DNA from: Ophelia neglecta | Lineage: Eukaryota | DNA: 64,000 nucleotides | Assembly: GCA_965285935.1 (NCBI GenBank) | Contig: OZ260661.1 | Span: 41,230,001-41,294,000 of the forward strand | Direction of reading: 5' to 3' | In this document: positions 1 to 13,100 of the stretch, in pieces | Position numbering within the stretch: position 1 is the first letter of the stretch | Layout of the letters: each line of letters starts with the position of its first letter | Position numbers and translations under genes: made by a program | Notes under the pieces: generated by a model | The model's input: the letters and a program-made list of their open reading frames with translations, nothing else | What the model was told of the DNA's origin: nothing | Database searches by the model: none

Positions 1-1859
1 GATTTTCTTTTTATTTACTGACAGCCATAAAGAAGTATTTTGTATTCATGGTTTTTCGGCGGCCCTGCTATTTTTCCGAAGCGGCATTCAGCTACAGCAA
101 ACAAAGACAATCCACTTATGGCTCTATAAATGTTAAAATAAAACAAATAAATTAATAACGCTCATACCCTAGGTCTATTTCAACTTCACGTTTTCCGACT
201 CAAAAGATAAATTTGGCATCTACAATCTGACTAAGCTATTTTGACAGAATACTTAATAACTAGATGACTATCATGAGAACCAAGCAGATGCAGTTATCAA
301 TTTGACAAAGAAACAAATTCAGGCAGAGGGTTCATTTCCAAATATGTCGTGTCATAATGTTGTTTTAAGCTCGATGTCAACAGTTGTAAGCTCACTTGTG
401 AACAAAGCCTTATCGTCAATTTTATTTATTAAAATGGCGATACTGCAACTTGATCCTTGTACGATCATCGGGCCACACAAGACGTTTGACTCTGTTCCTT
501 AATTAAAGAATATGCCTCTATCGTCACATCTCGCCAAGAGTAACGACTAAAAAGGAGAGGTTATCACCCCCAGTGGCATGTAGTTGTGGGTGTCGCCATC
601 CAACAAAATGAAATAGTTTTCACTTCTCATTAATCTTTCTCTGCGTCTACATTTTGATACACTACTTTTAATGAAACAAAAGCTAGATTCATATAGCCAA
701 AATCAATAAATTAAGAGCTCAGGGCTTTGAAACCCACACTCGTCATAACACTGATTCTTGTGTTTCATCTGCAAAACCTAATTTAATGCAAATTAAAGCC
801 AGTATTTTATAGTAATAAACAAATGGCAAAAACTTGCTGCCTTCAGTTGACACCATGTGATTGTGTATTGGACTATGTGCATCTTAAACTGCTCTATTCT
901 ATGGTGGCGACACCTGTTTGATGCTATCAGACTAGAGAATAACGGCAGTGGGAGGATGCTGCCGAGTTATGTACTCAGTGTATTTGTACTCGTACAGAAG
1001 TTTTCATTGTGCATAAAACTGCAGACAGTCAATCAACACGTTTAGGTTGTTATACTTATCTCGAAGCTTGCCTACATGTTTTATACACATAAGCCTTGTT
1101 TTTACTTCGCTTTTCGCAATAAATTGCCTGTGCCCGTTATAACTAAGTCATTTGTTCATCTGTTCATCAACACTTGCACATGAAGAGGAAGAGCCCGTAA
1201 AAATAAGGTATGAAATGTTGCTATATCGAATGTGGACTTACTTGTTGACCTTTCGTGAATTGAACTCCTAATTTATGATGTACATGTAACAATTATTGAA
1301 GTAGGAGATTGATTATTGAAGCATTTTCCTTAACTATCAATTATGCTAATCTGAAGTAAAAAACACCAAAAAATGCCCATCTGGCTTTCCCAACCAAGCC
1401 CTCAAACGACACTTTGAAAAACAAGGTACTAAGCTCGCCGGTGTGTTTTTTCCAGTTGTTCACAACATTTTTTAAGTATATATAATTTCCTTCGCTTGTG
1501 GTTGATCTTGCTTTAACTAGTACAGTTAATAAATAGCCACAATAACCAATGAAAATATTATGACGATTATGATAATGAAAATGCTGTTAATGACTTATAA
1601 TGCAGTTGTGATGATGAAACAAATAAATTAGAATAATGATAATGACAAACTTAATAAAAAACATTATAAACGAAACAATGCAAATCATTGAAAGACGATT
1701 CATAATATCAGCAACAGCAATCCAAAAAACAACTAGGCCAACGCTGTCGGGGGGCCGACAGCAAGGGGTATATCCGCGAATGCGTGCAATAATCGTATGG
1801 GGAACATGGCATAAGGCGAGGTAGTGAATATGGTAGTTTTTAGTTGGCACAAGATAACG

Positions 1860-2760
1860 ACCTAACTAATTTTTGCTCAGGTCATTAATAAAGTTAAACT
1901 AGTTCACTTATTACACAGTACCAGTTACCTTATTACACAGATTGTAGTAGGTTCTATTTGACCTCAATAATAATGCAGGTCATTCTTAAAGTTGGTGTCA
2001 TATGACCTCAATAATAATGCAAAACGACCCAAACTATCTTTTTCAGGTCAATAATAAAGTGAACTACTGAACTTATTAGTAGGTTCCATAAGACCTCAAT
2101 AATAATGCAAAACGACCTTAACTAAAAAAAAATTCAGGTCATTAATAAAGTTAACTAGTTAACTTATTACACACATTGTAGTAGGTTCCATATGACCTCA
2201 ATAATAATGAAAAACTGCCTTAACTAATTTTTTTAGGTCATTAATAAAGTTAACTAGTTAACTTATTACACAGTACTAGTTAACTTGTTACACAGATTGT
2301 AGTACCTTCTATATAACCTCAATAATAAGGCAGGTCATTACTAAAGTTGGTTCCATGTGACCTCAAGAATAATGCAAAACCACCTTAACTAATTTTTTTC
2401 AGGTCATTAATAAAGTTAACTAGTTAACTTATTACACAGATTGAATATAGTTATTACATGAATCATGACACAAAACTTCAAGCCAATATCATCTATACTT
2501 TGGAATATTTGATAGAAACTGTGTTTTTGACATAATTAATTAATTATTTTAACTAATTAATAATTATCAGAAATTCACCAGAATAAATACAGGTCTTCCT
2601 CTCAATAAGGTCTATGGCTGTGTCAAATATTTTTTGTGTTATTGCAGAAATTGCGTTTCTGACGTAATTAATTAATTGTTTTAGCTAATTAATAATTATT
2701 GGATTTTCACCAGAATCTAATCAGTTCCTCCTCTCAATATGGTCTATGGCTGTGTTGAAT
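1860..2760. repeat. internal tandem repeats of the HINE
   Basis: Recurrent gacctcaataataatgc / aggtcattaataaagttaactagttaacttattacaca blocks (1860-2445), plus two ~130-bp copies containing aattaattaatt...ttcaccagaat...cctctcaata-ggtctatggctgtgt (2520-2760). Confidence 0.8.
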
Positions 2761-2814
2761 TTGAAAAAGATGTACGAAATGGTTTTTGAGTTATCGCGTT
2801 AACGACTAAAATCT

Positions 2815-2886
<72 letters not shown>
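2815..2886. repeat. (GCG)24 microsatellite
   Basis: Perfect trinucleotide run inside the HINE. Confidence 0.97.
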
Positions 2887-2887
<1 letters not shown>

Positions 2888-3695
2888 TACTGAAAACATA
2901 ATATCCGCATTTCGCGGATATAATAATGACTGTTATCCGTAATCATAATAGCGATGAAATTCGCACACTTTCGTATACGCTGACCTCAGCCCGACCATGG
3001 TGATTTCAACAGTTTACACTAGTAGTATAGGGCACTCTTATTACAGCCAGCTGAGTCCAGCATACATGTTATGACACAAGGGACAGTGGACAGGACACAT
3101 GTTATGCATATTATATCGAAATCACTCCATAAAAGACATAAGCATGAGGTCGTTTAAAATTGCGTTCTGGTCGAGAAAGTTTATCAATTTCAACTAAAAT
3201 CATCTAATTGATGGAAAACAGACAAAAGCACATCTTTTCAAAACATTATCGTAATCAAAGTAACTTGAGTTTAAAGAGCTGAGCAAGGAAATTAAGTCTC
3301 CTCTGCTTCTTAAACTTAGGTTAAGGCTACAGCTAGAGCAGTGCAAAGATAATGAGCTTCTTAATTGTCAAATTTGTAGCGGAGATCGGGGCACATTGAG
3401 GCAAAAGGATTATTAAAGTCCCAATTTGGACATCCCACTTTGTAGCTCTAATCCCATATGCCTTCCTTTGGTAGTGGTAGCAACTGATGGGCGGTGGATA
3501 GACCTTATCAATCTCCTTACTACGATAGGATTACAGGATAGGGCAGGGGTGATTTGTATCTAATTGGCCCCCAGACTATTTTAAAGCTGTATTTCATAGA
3601 CTTATAGATACCAAACTTCTCTAAATTACACAGAACCTTTTACACCCCATAGTTTTGTCCTACTCATCATACAGGACATCTCAGTCCCTGGGACG

Positions 3696-4265
3696 ATGGT
3701 GGGTGTTCAGACCAAGGATGTTACAACTTTTAGACATTTTGACCAGTCATTGACAACTGCTGCTCATGTGAAAACGCTTATCAGGTCCGGCACAAACCAT
3801 CTTCGAAATATTGGAAGCATCAGACAACTGATGCCACAAAGAATTTGGTACATACACCTGTGACTTCCCGCGTTGATAATTGCAATTCTCTGCTGTACGC
3901 GACAGTAAAATGTGATTGATTGATTGATTATTTTATTGATTGATTGATTATTTTATTATCCTCAACTTAATGAGAGCATAATACAAACTAAACAGTCACA
4001 AATATAGCAATGAAATACCTTATTGAATTTAAGCTTTCGTTTATGGTGTACAAAGCCCCGAATGGCGATGTCCCTGTGTACATCTCCTAGCGGCTGCGGA
4101 GATACGAACCTACCGGTACTCGTGCGCTACGGTCTTAGTCAAAGACACGAATATCAGTATCGGAAAGGACACTATCTAGGGCTGGCGACTTATATTTTGC
4201 ATCCTTCGGTCCTAGACTCTGGATTTCCCTACCTGCTCATGTAAGATCTGCTGAGTTGGTAAATC
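3696..4265 (+). mobile_element. degenerate L2/CR1-group LINE ORF2 C-terminal remnant
   Basis: Manual translation gives FDQSLTTAAHVKTLIRSGTNHLRNIGSIR, then after a frameshift TDATKNLVHTPVTSRVDNCNSLLY, and from 4022 IEFKLSFMVYKAPNGDVPVYIS*...RALRS*...AGDLYFASFGPRLWISLPAHVRSA. These match the familiar L2 motifs (LVHALVTSRLDYCNSLLYG; FKILLLTYKALNGLAPSYL; GDRAFS.AAPRLWNSLP). Stops and a frameshift are present. Confidence 0.8.
3912..3960 (-). repeat. (GATT)n / AATAAA-(AATC)n tract interrupting the LINE remnant
   Basis: tgattgattgattgattattttattgattgattgattattttatt. On the minus strand it reads as AATAAA plus AATC repeats, like a retroposon 3' tail. Confidence 0.6.
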
Positions 4266-6913
4266 TTCATTCAATTGCAAACTATAACATGCTTCCAAAT
4301 GCCAGAAAACATTAATGACTGATGATGTTTACGTTGTCCCAATATGCCCCCGGAATGTCCCAATGTGCCCCAGAGTGCGGCCCATTTTTCGCTCCAAACA
4401 CATGTTATTCATTTTATCGTTATATTCAAACCACACCATCCCTTCCTGAGCAAGCATTTTACAGGCAAATGAACTAACTATGCTGATACTTAATTATGAG
4501 CTTTAGCCTAAAAAGTACAATATGCCATGAATTAAAGTATATGTTTTGTCCAAATAGTCCCCAATTTCTCCTACTTAAACTGCATTTCAGAAGTAAAACA
4601 TCGTCAAGCATGTACGTTTTTATAGATCAGATAAATATAAGGCAAAACGCATTTAACCTAGATGATATTGTAGGTCTGATGAGAAGGAGACTTTTAGGGA
4701 GTAGTATAGAGGTACCAAGGCTGGATGACTGAAATTCACACCAACTCCAGGATTAATATGCAACAAACGTTAGGCGCCATGAGCTATCGGTTATCCAGCG
4801 TATGTTTGTGTGTGGTAAGTCAGTCCATAATAAATAGCGATAAGTCAGGTCATACCTAGAATCAGGCAACTTCTAACATCTTTACTTGTCAATGAGGCAC
4901 GCGACCCAATTAGTTAACAGTTGTCAATGGCGACACAGAGTCGGCGAGAGGCAGACGAGAGTATCATCCGGGGCAGACAGGTCCCGCAAACACTCCCGCG
5001 AGAAAACCCGTCACCTCCTTCAGGCAGACGAGAGCAGGAGGACGGATTCTCACTTCTGGAAGGCTCATGTTGGCAGCAGTTATAATGTAAAACGTTAAAG
5101 CTACCCATGTGTAAGTTAAAATGAAAGCAAATGTTCAATTTTAGTAAATAAAGGCACTCTCAGTAATGTGAGCTACCGGGGTGTGCCAGTAAGATTCTGC
5201 TCAGTATTACAGTTAATCTACAATATTATATAATCGTATAAGAAACTTGATGTTCTAGTTTGCTAAGGCTATAGTTGGAAACTCTGCCTGGTAGAAAAAC
5301 TAATTTAACAATCTCCTAACATTTACCGATGTCAAGATGCAGTGCAAGTATCAACATATTAATACTTTGATTGCGTTAGACTTTAATGCCATCTGAATCT
5401 AGAGTGCTTCGGTTTACTGGGGCAACTGTGGGTAGTCCAGCTTTGTAAGAGTACATTCATGATCATGCCGGTTAGACTCTTGGTGCCAGAGAGCGCATCC
5501 CAGCCCAGAATTGTGTCTCCAAGTATTCACTTCTTTACAAATCAATTGCCATGTTTCGGCTCATGGGTTGAATGGTTATGACAGGAAACGCCAATGTTTT
5601 TGATACTTTAGTAATTGCTTCTCCCGCCCGGAATGCTTTGAAATGATCTTACGAGAAGAGACATCACTTGGTGGTCTGGTGAGAGGCGAGATAACTCCGG
5701 GTCAACTGAGAATGGCCCATCATACAACCATACGTACTATACTAAAAATAATTGTAAAAAGTTGTTTTTGCGCGTTATAAACCTAGGCTGCTGAAAAAAA
5801 GATAATCAAATATGTAAAAAGAACCACTTCAATATACCGGTAAACGATCTGTTAAATACTAAATACATTTTCTCTGACTTCACTAGCGTGTCTCATCAGG
5901 TTGGTGCATAACCTATCATTAAGTTTATTAACATTATAATGGTGATTCTAACTTGCCATAGGAATTACTCTAAAGGAGAATGTGGCCAAGTTCCAAATCG
6001 ATCCTGGATCGTACGTACTTCGTTTACTCAAGACCGACCTCAGGTTTAAATGTGAATCGACAAAATCAAGTGGGCAACTTGAACTGTACTAATTTTCGTA
6101 GGACTCTTCTCAAGCAGTCAGCAGCGTTTAGACAAATGTGATAAATGCGAACAGGCAGCTCGTTTCGATTGATTATAGTGTTACAGCTCATGGAGTTCCC
6201 TTTGAAGAGATTTCAGCAACTGTTAGTACCGAGTGTTTCGTTTCGGCATTAATTGGGAAGGCGCCATGTTCACGTGTCTGATATCTTCTTTCAGACGAGC
6301 AAAAGTATGTACTGAAATTTTGTAAATAAGTTTAGAATTGAGCTGTTCTGAATATGTACAGGCGTTCATATATTTGGATGCAACGGAAATGTTAAGTTAA
6401 CACTAGGAAATTTAAAAAAGATCCCTGTAGGTCTCAAACGGCTAAGTTTATTCTACATTTCTCTCATTTAACACTACTGACAAATGGCATGCCATTCAAC
6501 TGGGTTTGTAACTTTCTATTCAAGAATTGTTGATTAATTTGCAGACATGAAGCCTCGATTAAGGATTTCTTGTTTTTAAGGTCGCATGCAATTTAATGAA
6601 GGGGATTAATTTTCCGGGGTAATTTTTCAGAACTAATCTGTATCAACATGCAAATAAATCTAACTTGCTCAATGAAGAGCATATACCGTGGTCTTGTAGT
6701 AGTTTCCATGCTTTATTATTCTGAAGAGAGCGTGGCAACAAATTTGAGCACTGACAATGAGTGCCGCCATGCCATGAAGCGTTGATCGTCTGCTTCTCAA
6801 TGAAGCCTAATTGGATCAGAGAGGAATTCTCCCTATCTACCCGAACATGGGCGCAAAACACACAAAAGGCGACAGTAATTGGCCCCACCGCTCATGAATC
6901 TTCAAGCCGGGAT

Positions 6914-7169
6914 GACACCCAATTAAGCTCAATTATGTTCAAGTCATGTCTTTTTGGCCTCATTATTGCACGGTGTGTACTTCACGGAATTACCTCATCG
7001 TTTGGCGAGCACAGATAACATTATTAACGGGATTACTCGTCCAAATGGCAAGTCAACCCTAAAATAAGAGATAAAAAGTGCAGGGTTGCCACGACGATTA
7101 TGGTAGTCGCCATCTTGAAAAATCGCCCCGTCTTGACGCTTATTGGCTATTAATTATGATTAAGCAGAC
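6914..7169. promoter_or_regulatory. putative enhancer, copy A of a paralogous non-coding pair
   Basis: Shares caattaagctcaattatgt, gataacattattaac, cctaaaataagagataaaaa, cgattat, cttgaaaaat and gattaRgcRgac with 18622-18876 at constant offset. Rich in TAAT and GATA cores. Confidence 0.65.
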
Positions 7170-10100
7170 CACGATTGGCATTTAGTTTCACAAACGAGCT
7201 GACTATTAGTCAGTTGAACGAGGTTGTTGAAGTTACCCCGCTATCTCTACCATATTAGGATGGAAAACCCCTGATTGGTGGGGCATTAGGCTAGACAACT
7301 TGCTTCCTAATTGGCTTGTCGATGATGTGACCAGGTTTTAAAGTGATTCTGTCACAGCCTTTCTCTGAACACTATTTGTTTTCTATAAAAACTCCCATTC
7401 TGCATTTTCTTCATGCCACCGACTCTTGGGGGTTTGATCCACTGGTATCAGATACAGTTCAAATTATAAATGGCTAGACATAAGCGAAATACAAAATCCA
7501 AATGTCATGCAATCGGTGAAACGTCGAGGGACATCTGAGAATAGGATTATAGGCCTAGTCCAGATCTCGTTAAGTACTGTTTTACACGGGATCCTAACCT
7601 CTCCTCTTCCTCCTACGTATATTTGTTTGGCCAAAAGTAAATTATTCTAGACAGACAGACTACAGAATAGTATGACATCGTGCACTAAAACGGCAACAAA
7701 GAGTTTCAAGGTGATGCGAGACACATTGTTTGCAGGTTCTCGGGCACGCTGTCTCGGATTTTTACATGTTTTTTAATGGCATTGCAGTAAGCAATAACCT
7801 GGTCTTGATTGTTAAATATTTTTCTTCTCAGTAACGCTGCCTCTGTTCGCTTTCTGCCTCTTGGCACTTCAACATTTTGTTTGTCATTTTAGGTATTATT
7901 TCTATCATCAAGTATACTTACAATATGGACATATATTTATGTACTCCGATGTACTGTAGTCATGTTGTTTACCTGTGACGTTCTCGATTTGATGTTACCT
8001 TTTTGAACAGCAACTGCGTTAGCAGAGTTTTCCGATACGTACGAATGTCGTGCAGAACCAGAGGAGGAAATGATATTAATATTCATACTCGGAGCTAGCA
8101 GCTGATGCTTAATTCAATATATTCTAACGGGAAACATGAAGGCATGCAAAGCTAGAGGTAACAGTAGTTGAAGATCACCCAGATGCTACAAATGTTCGCC
8201 TGTTAAGGAATTGTGTGCTTTCCCTATAGTCAAGCGTCATTACATTAAATAGTCAAGCAACTTGTTGTGAAAGTGGAATAACATTATGATAAATAATACC
8301 TCAGTTCATCACCGTGGGTCATAGTTCATAAAAAAGTTCCACTGAGATGAAAGGACATTGCTTTCAACCAGTTCTTCACGCAGTCAAAGAAGAGAGAAAA
8401 CTGCGAGGAAACCGCCCCCTGCCCACGTGTTTTTGGTTACTCGGCCCAGAGAGCAAACGGTTAGTAGTCAAGATAACTTCTGTCTTGATGATTGAGCACA
8501 AATTACGTTATCGGGACTCAATTAGGAGGCCATTTGCTCGCACTCCTCACTCGGTGTTAGCTTTTCATGCCACAAATCCTGGTTTTACTTTGCTGATGAC
8601 AGATCCACTTGATAGAGGCCAACTTCGCCTGTCTCCGACGCAGACTGCCCTCAACAGCAATCGACTCAGTTTCGCTAAGAATCAGGATCAACAGACGGCT
8701 TCGGACCGGAGAATTCGACTTATCCCATCCGTTTTCTGCAAAGATGGAAAGAATGTAAATATAGCTCCACCACTTCTATTCCATGGGGGTTCATTTATAA
8801 TTGGTTCCATATTTCAGTTGGAAGAGGGACGGATTACATAAAGTTTTATATCAATCATAATTTACCGATGACTCGTTTTAACTTAGTTAGGAATGTCAGC
8901 CCCTGTAAATGTGGAACAATTGGAACAAATGTGGGTCTAATGACATCACATCAGTGATGATTAGCATAGAAAGTTTGAAGGGGCGACTTTTGTATATAGC
9001 ATAAATTTAATCTTCACTGAAGGTCGAAAGAACATACATGTATTAATTCGATGGGTCTTTATTTTAATGCTTTAAACTTCATAACAACCATTTAAACACT
9101 GACCAATTAATTGTAACATAATGTGGACTATCAGCAGAGAGCGTAACCAAAAATGGCGTTAACGAAGTTTAGCAATTACCAGTTAAACGGGAGATAAAGG
9201 GATTTATGTTCGACTTTTATGAATGTTAGCAAGGTAAAGGGAATAATATATGGACAAGGTAACGTTTAGGAGACGATTTAATGATGGAAGATAGAATACT
9301 CGTGAAGCAATTTGTGCAGATTAAAAGTGATAAAATATTACCATTGTACATGTACAGGTTTTTGACATTTATTGTAGTAGGGATACTCACCTTACCACAG
9401 CTGATGGGTCTTGCGAAAAAAATGACCCATAGATTCTATGTGTGGGGGCTGACTCCAAAATGGTAAATACTATTTTTAAACACAGTTATGGAACTTTGGA
9501 CTTTTCGGCATGAGTCACATGGTAAATCTGTCTGCGCACCATCGATCTTTCATCCAAGTCGCAATGTTAAGACAGTATAATTGAATATATATCAATTCGG
9601 TTGGACTGTATTATGTTGTGGTGACACTTAAAACAAGCCGCTGTTATGAAACAACCTATATTGTGATCTGTTCATTTTAATGAGGCTGACGTATATGTCC
9701 AAACACGAGAAGTGGAATAGAATACCTATCTTCTCCCCACCTGTAATCAATCCTTGTCAACTGTTATGGCCATTCGGCTTTTAATTTGTGTTTCTTGCAC
9801 CGCCCACAGAGAAAGTTTTGAATAAAACATCAAAGATCCCAGTTCTTTGAGCAGCCAAGCGACAACCGAAAGCAATTCTATCTATTTGTAAAATACATTT
9901 CTAAGTAAACAGGGTCTTCTTGCCTCGTGTTCTAATTGATTTAAATTAGAGGTTTGGTTGACATCGATTAACAGAGTAGCTGATTTTATCCTCTCAGCTC
10001 ACGGCGCCTGTCAACAGGTTTAATACTAACAACGGGTACACCTTTAATAACAGGTCCCTCTAATAGAATACACAGTCCTACCTGTAAACAGTATCAAGTT

Positions 10101-13100
10101 TGCCAGAGGCATCATTGTCGCACTCCTTGACATCTATTAGTATTGTGCGGATCTTTTGTCATGAAATGGATGTTGATTATTTTTTTTAAAGGTTGGTTTC
10201 CTGTGACAATATCAAAGACATCGATACTGCTTCAAGATTCAATTAAAAGTATACCATACATTTATCTTATCTAACTAGTAAAACGGTCATTTATTGTACC
10301 TCATCATTTTTTATCGTGGTTGGATCGCTATAATTTTTGTCACTGCATGGTTAAGAAAAAGGCTATCTCGGGTCAAAATGTCACATTAAAGTTATACAAC
10401 ATCTGAATTGTATAATATCTATAGGTAGCTATGACACATTGCAGTAACGAAAGAACAGCAGCAGCCATGGGTAGTAACCCCCAAAAGCCTTGACTTCCTC
10501 TGACAAAATGTACACCTTGACAAACAAATTAACAACGGTCAAATTTGTGTTATTATAGCGGTCTAAAAAGACTTAATGAAAGTGAGTAATAAATAATTAT
10601 TCAGATACATTTCTTGAACAGCTATTTAACCTATAACACAATTTAATCAATCTCAATTTAAACAGAAATAAGGTCTTTCAGATTCAATTACAAAAAAAGC
10701 TTTTCATTCGATTGTTTGCTGCCATTTATCATTGTATTTGTTCCCCTTTTCTGAGCAAGTTGTGACTTTAACTTGAATATCTGATACACGTATTAAGGGA
10801 TGTCGGCCTACAAATAAACACTTGAGCGATCTGATTTTGAAAAGAAACACATTGCGCCTCCTTTCATGTGGGTGTAGTGTCGTGGGCATCAAGGTGCCGC
10901 CTTCTCTGGGACATGTCCTAGCTGAGTGATCAAAGCGCGCGGACGGGCCGTGTCCTATCAGCAGACGATCTCAAGGCGGACCAGTCGGAGGCGGTTTCTA
11001 TTACACCGCTCAGATGTTAGTTACCCGCCGTGACAAGTTTGGTCATCCTTCGATATGGGAAGTTGTTCCGTTGCCAAGAAAAGTGAACTACTTGATTGAA
11101 GATGACATCCGAGTAAAAATTGGTAGTTAATAGAAAACGAACATGGTATTATATGCTGTATAGACATATCAGTGTCTGTCAATGACATGGGAATGAGGCA
11201 AAGAATTACAAGAAATGCGCTCGAAAATTAATGATCACACGAGAAAATATCTTTGTATTGATTCTCGTCATTTATTAGATATTTGGATCTTTTAACATTA
11301 AGTAAAACTATCTTATAATTTTTTACCATTTTAATTCCGTTTTCATTGCTGGTCTTTTGCGGTTGCGTCCTTATTTTAGTATTACTACGAAACTGAGAAG
11401 TTAAAAACAATCGCAATTTTGACTATGACAGGCAGGTGGCGCCTCTGTTGCAGTCAAGCGTGTCCTTCAAACCAGTCTAAGTCCTAATCTTAGTAACTCT
11501 TTTTCGGTCACATTTCCTTACACATTCAGTTAAGTAACAGTTAATCTGGCTGTCTTAACAATTGTCTAGGACACTGACAGAAAAGAAGACGCATGCATAT
11601 GTTGTATTTACCACAGGGTACATCTATATGTGCCATCATGATCATATTATAAGAAAACATAAGTATTCAGAGATCAGAGAACTGAGCTCCAGTTAGAGAA
11701 CGTGTTCTTGCTTATTTAGAGTTCATGTTTAACAATAGTTCAAGATACCATTTGCAGGTATGATTGTGTGAAGCATGATTTGAAAAGATATCCGTTTGAT
11801 GATTACTATGTGAGGGCTATGTGACCTCAGCAATCGGCAAAATAGGATATCTGCATTGAAATAGGCAGTAATAAGTACTGGCTAGCGAGCCGTCCTCGGC
11901 CTTTCAATTGGCCCGTATGTCCTTAAAGAAGCAACCATTAATAAAGACCCATCTAAATTCATATAAATGTAAAACTAGCAAGTCAGTGAAGTAAATGAAC
12001 ATGTTGCTGGCGAGAGCGACAGCCCCCAGATGGAGGCGAATTATCTTCCTGCCAAAAGGATGGTGTTTATCACTTGTAGAAAACTTTTGAATGTCTTTAT
12101 TTTTGCCGACTGATTATAGGGTGCAAAGTGCTAAACCACATGTTGTACGCTACGAATTCTGTTGGCAATCTTCACTAGGCGTATGCGGGCACTATTAAAA
12201 TTTCATCTATGAATACAGCATTGACTTCTCCGACCCAACTGACTGTCTTGCTGAACAATGATAAATACAAATACAGTATCTACCCTACAATTATCTGTTG
12301 CAAATGAAAACATCATTCCAAGCCTTCATTTCAGCCTTTACGGGTAACCGGGCATTTGATTGAATCAAATTATACGTTATTCGTGTGAGTAATATACAAT
12401 ATGTCTTGATGTGGAGGATATCTATAATTAAAATAGAGAGAAGATGCGGGCACTTACAGAAAATATCTCGGCCACCTTTTGATTGGGATGAAATTATGAT
12501 ATTCAAAGAAATGTGCAATTGTGTTTATTTTTCCTGCAAACGTCAGCCCATGAAGGCTCCATGACCTTTCCTTCGCAATAAGCGCCGATATTGTTTATGA
12601 TCATTCAAGACACAAACTAGTTTCATAATAGATAGATGTTGTCACAAAGGTATCAGTTTATGAAAACGGCACAAAAATACTTTAATTAATTGGGAAATTT
12701 TGACCCGTCACTGTAACTTCTCATCGAAATGAGGGTTGTCAGATATGAAGCACACATCCTGCTACTGTAGCAGCATTGTTAACCCGCGTTAGGTAGTTTG
12801 TTGTTGTACACACATCTACTGGTACTGGAACTATCTTAGCTATACACCAGAATGCTGGCTGTACATTATGTAATTAGGACTATATAGGCTGGCAAAGGTC
12901 TAAATATTATCGTTGTACTAGGCCTACTTTGAAGGTTCAATTAGGCCTATAGTAAAATTATAAATAAACGCTGCAGAAGTTGTAATCAAGTAAGTTTTTC
13001 TCTAAATTTGGGTTCGTGTTCTTTATATAAAGTTGAAAGGTTGCTTCAGTTTAAAAACATTAAATACTACTTTTATTACTCTATTCACCTATAGGCCCTA

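Larger units (their letters stand above)
1729..2926 (-). mobile_element. non-autonomous Helentron-associated element (HINE/DINE-1-like)
   Basis: 12-bp subterminal inverted repeats tatatccgcgaa (1769-1780) and ttcgcggatata (2911-2922). Small hairpin atatccgc/gcggatat (2901-2921). GC stem-loop gctgtcgg-gggg-ccgacagc (1743-1762) followed by CTAGTT on the minus strand. (GCG)n microsatellite next to one end and internal tandem repeats. This is the canonical HINE layout. Confidence 0.8.
3378..4573. mobile_element. possible old DNA-transposon (MITE-like) shell around the LINE remnant
   Basis: Inverted motifs ggggcacattg (~3388) and caatgtgcccc (~4361), repeated tgtcccaa/gtcccca motifs, and end gtccccaatttctccta (~4557-4573) loosely complementary to 3378-3400. 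TIRs are degenerate. Confidence 0.3.

Noticed and set aside
8347-8841. 164-aa ORF
   Set aside because: No recognisable motif or exon structure; length is compatible with chance.
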